Positions 60,560-64,000 of a stretch of DNA of 64,000 nucleotides are shown here, in pieces. How positions within the stretch are numbered: position 1 is the stretch's first letter; each line of letters opens with the position of its first letter. This DNA is from Lama guanicoe (taxonomy: Eukaryota). The notes beneath the pieces are model-generated. The model was not told where the DNA came from. It saw only the letters and a program-made list of their open reading frames with translations, and did no database searches. A program made the translations under genes and the position numbers. The stretch spans positions 1,907,818 to 1,971,817 of the forward strand of contig MU053561.1 in the NCBI GenBank assembly GCA_013239625.1, in the 5' to 3' direction.

Positions 60560-62345
60560 TTTTGGCATACAATCAAACAGCAAAACACAGGAAAATGTGA
60601 TATATCATCAAGATAAATGAAGTTAAATGAAGCAGATTTAGAACTCCCTAGATGTTGGAATTATCAAGAAAGGGCATTAAAGTATCTTTTATATCTAAAA
60701 TGTAGAAGAAGAGATAAACAAAGTGAATGAAAACATGGTGGATTGCATCAGATAAATAGAAACCCAAAAGGGAAACCAAGTGGAAATTGTAGAACTAAAA
60801 ACTGTAAGATCTGAAATGAAAAATGTACTTGCTGGGCCTGACAGTGAACAGGGAAAAGCAGGGAAAGGATTTATGACAGGTCAGTATAAATTACCTAAAC
60901 CAAAGAAGACAGAGAAAAACAGTAACTCTGAAGAACAACGTCTTATCTACCAGTGAAAAAACATCAAATTGTATAAAAGAGTGTAGTTGAAGTCATATAA
61001 AGGGAAGAGGGGAGACAGAGAGAATGAGAAAGAGAGGGAGGCAGAAGATACATTTGAAGAGAAGATAGCTGAGAATTTCCGAAATTGATGAAACTTATCA
61101 ACACCCAGATATGAAAAAGTTCAGTAGAACTTAGAGAAGGGCAAATGCAAGTAAGACCATATCAAGCACCACATAGTCAAACTTCGGCAAACCAGAGGTA
61201 AAAAGAAAATACTAAAAGCAGCACACACGCGCATGTACACACAAACACCCCACATACACCACACGCCATAGGACCAGATAGCTTTACTAGTGAATTCTAT
61301 CAAACAGTTAAAGCAGAAATAATACCAATTATGTGCAAACTCTTCCAGACAATAGAAGAGGAGAAAGAGCTTCCCAACTCACATTAGAAGGCCAGTTAAA
61401 AAAAAAAAAAAGCAGTAAAAGACATTATAAGAAAACTACATACCAGTATCCCTCATGAACACAAATGGAAACTTCTTGACAAAATTTTAGCAACAGCACA
61501 TAAAAATGATACTATAATATAACTATGTGGGATTTATCCTGGGATTGCAGGGTTGATTTAACATTTGAAAATCAATCAACGTAATTCACCAAATTAACGT
61601 AATAAAACAAATCCATATTTTTATCTCAATAACTGCAGAGGATGCCTTTGGAAAAATTTAGCATCCATCTATGATTAAAACTCCCAGATAACTAGAAATA
61701 GAAGAGAATGTTCTCATACTGAAAGGGGCATCTATAAAAACCTACAGCAAAACATCATACTTAATGGTGAAAGACTGCTTCTTTCCTGAAATTGTGGAAA
61801 AGGTAAGAATGTCCACTCTCACCTCTTCTCAACATTGTAATGGAGATCCTAGATGGTGTAATAAGAGAAGAAAAAGAGGTTGAAAGACATAGAGTTGGAA
61901 AGACAGCTATAAAACTGTCTTTATTCACCAATTATATGATCATCCATGTACAGAATCCTAAGGAATCTACCAAAAAGCTACTGAAACATATAATTTAGTT
62001 TAGCAAGTTTGCAAGATACAAAGTAAATTTACAAAAATCATTTGTATTTCCATACACTACAAACAAAAATGGAATTGAAATTAAAATGCCATTTATAATA
62101 GCATCAACATATAAAACACTTAGGAATAAATCTGACAAAAGAGGTGCAGATCTGCATACTGAAAACTACGAATACTGCTAAGCAAAATTAGACCTAAATA
62201 AATGAAGTGACGTACCATGCACATGGATTGAAAGACTCAAGTTTTATGAAGATATCAATTCTTCCCAAATTGATCTGAAAGAGTCAAAACCATCTCAAAA
62301 TAATCCCAGCAGGATTTGTTGTAGAAATTGACCAACTGATTCAAA
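60560..62345 (+). mobile_element. Older L1M fragment: ORF1 remnant joined to the ORF2 RT region
   Basis: ORF1-like AGCTGAGAATTTCCGAAATTGATGAAAC...CATAGTCAAACT. ORF2 resumes at [12 protein letters not shown] (~61271) and continues through GFILGLQG and ISITAEDAFGKI. Confidence 0.85.
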
Positions 62346-62349
62346 CATT

Positions 62350-62440
62350 GATATAAATGTATCAAATCAACATTTTGTATACCTTTAACTTACACAGAGT
62401 TATGTATCAATTATATCTTTAACTACAAAAATAATTAAAA
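62350..62440 (+). mobile_element. Short L1MA-type 3' terminus
   Basis: ATGTATCAAATCAACATTTTGTATACCTTTAACTTACAC...TCAATTATATCT plus an A-rich tail. Confidence 0.7.
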
Positions 62441-63299
62441 ATTGATATGCAATATTTTTTCCCTACACTCCTGCTCCTAACCTGGATCACACATTTTATT
62501 ATTATTTTTTATTTTTTCCTTTCATTTTCATTTTCACTTCTGTCTAACAGGGAGTTATATGCTTCTTATTATCCTCCTTTCTGAGGTAGCATTTGGCCCC
62601 CTCCTTTCCCTCAAACCGTTATGGTATTTGCAAAGGAACATGATTATGTGTGATTGGAAATGAAATACGCATCAGTTTATCCATTTCAAAATATTTTCCC
62701 CTTGAAAAAGTATGCTTAAAAACATAGGATGGGCTGCCTTGGAAGACACTGAACTCCCAGTCCCCAGAAGCACGCAAGAGAGACAACTATCTTCATTCAA
62801 TCCTAATTCACAAAAAACAAACAAAGAAACAAGCAAAAAAACACCCATTCACAGAACGTGTACTATGAACCAGACACTGGCAATACAGTAATAAACAAAG
62901 CAATTAAAGTATCTGTCCTCACGGGTCTTAAAGTCTAGTAGCATGTCCAGGGTACTGGGGATTTCTGCATAGAACAGTTTTGAATGAGGTAACCCCAGAG
63001 TTCTCTTCTGGAAGTCTATAAATCTGTATTTTCAGGATTAAAAAAAAAATAACAAAACAAACTTTTGTCTCCTAGCAAAGCAAATGCTTCCTTCACGCCC
63101 TCTCTGTTTGGGTCTTGAGAGCGGTAGACCGAATACAGTGCAGTAAGGAACCCAACACCTATGGAAGCAGCCCTCCAGCCTGAAACAAAAGAATTTGGCT
63201 GGCTCGCTCATTAATCAAATCCATCTTGTACAGGAGTGCTCTTGTGAGCCTCTGCCAGAGGGAAATATCAAACACATGGTCTCAGGCCGTTCTTACCCC

Positions 63300-63530
63300 T
63301 GGGAAAATGTGAAAGGGACTATGTCAGAAAAATGTAGATCTATTTCCAGGAAATTTCACCTTCTGGCACCGTCCCCTTCCCCTGGCTCTGGGTGCTGCTT
63401 TGGGGACTCCACTTCAGGAAAGTGAGGCAGCCAGTGAGCCAATCAGAGCCAGAGCGAGCAGATGGCCTAGCACTCTGGGAACATATCCCTCCAAGTGCTA
63501 CCACAGAAATGAGGGACAGTTCCAGGAAAA
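63300..63530. promoter_or_regulatory. Candidate STAT-responsive element with a CCAAT box
   Basis: Palindromic ATTTCCAGGAAAT (63342-63354), a second TTCCAGGAA (63520-63528) and AGCCAATCAG (63437-63446). Motif evidence only. Confidence 0.35.
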
Positions 63531-64000
63531 CACGGAGTTGTAACTAGACTCATGGCTTAGGCACACGAGGCCAGCAATGAGGTGCCAAGAGCAGACTTGT
63601 TGGAGTCAGGGTGGAGGAGACCGCTGGCTTCTCCTGCAAACAAGTCAGTTTGAGTCTCCCCGCCTTATTGGACATGATCACTGCTCCTTCTCAGAGATAC
63701 CCCTTGGGTCTGCGGGCCGATGTCCAGTCAAATCTCGAATATCTGGGAGCAGTTTGAAGAGTTTCAGAAAAAAAAGTGAATGGACACCAAATAATCATTC
63801 TAGTAATGGTTTTACCCAAAGTGCTTTTTTGCAGCCTCCAAACTTTGTTTATGCTTTTTCTTCTTCCTGGGGTATTATTCTCTGCCTTCTGCCCTGTTGA
63901 AGTCCTATTTTTCTTTCCAGGATTATCTCAAGTGCTGCTTCTTCCATGAAGCTTTCCTGGATTCTTTCAACTCCAAGTAAGCTCTCTTCTCATAACATTC

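Noticed and set aside
1..64000. CRISPR array, prokaryotic operon, NUMT, rRNA/snRNA
   Set aside because: No regularly spaced repeat-spacer structure, gene-dense segment or recognisable mitochondrial/structural RNA sequence was seen by eye.

Overview
This is mammalian nuclear DNA, almost certainly camelid (camel/alpaca/llama): it carries two Vic-1-type tRNA-derived SINEs and camelid-type L1 3' ends. It is repeat-rich intergenic or intronic sequence. I cannot support any intact protein-coding gene, RNA gene or CRISPR array. The recognisable ORF-track hits are transposon remnants or microsatellite artefacts; the rest are unrecognised and consistent with chance ORFs. Main content: (i) a decayed two-LTR class I ERV on the minus strand (48104-55076) with a tRNA-Leu PBS, gag-MA, integrase C-terminal and env-TM remnants, and a PPT; (ii) a 5'-truncated ERV-L (RT, RNase H, IN, dUTPase, MLT2 LTR; 34905-39486) joined to an L1 endonuclease fragment and containing an inverted integrase piece plus a second LTR; (iii) two old, internally deleted L1s (55920-62345); (iv) a CR1/L3 fossil, MaLR/ERVL solo LTRs, hAT and Tigger MITEs, MIR/L2 fragments and microsatellites. 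The best unexplained signals are a near-perfect ~95-nt hairpin (5217-5315), a head-to-tail stack of hAT MITEs separated by TCTAGA-like spacers, small CpG-retaining unique patches, AP-1/STAT motif clusters, and a possible terminal exon/3'UTR at the start of the window. I found no convincing novel multi-gene system. Repeat family names come from recalled consensus sequences, not a database search, and most boundaries are approximate.
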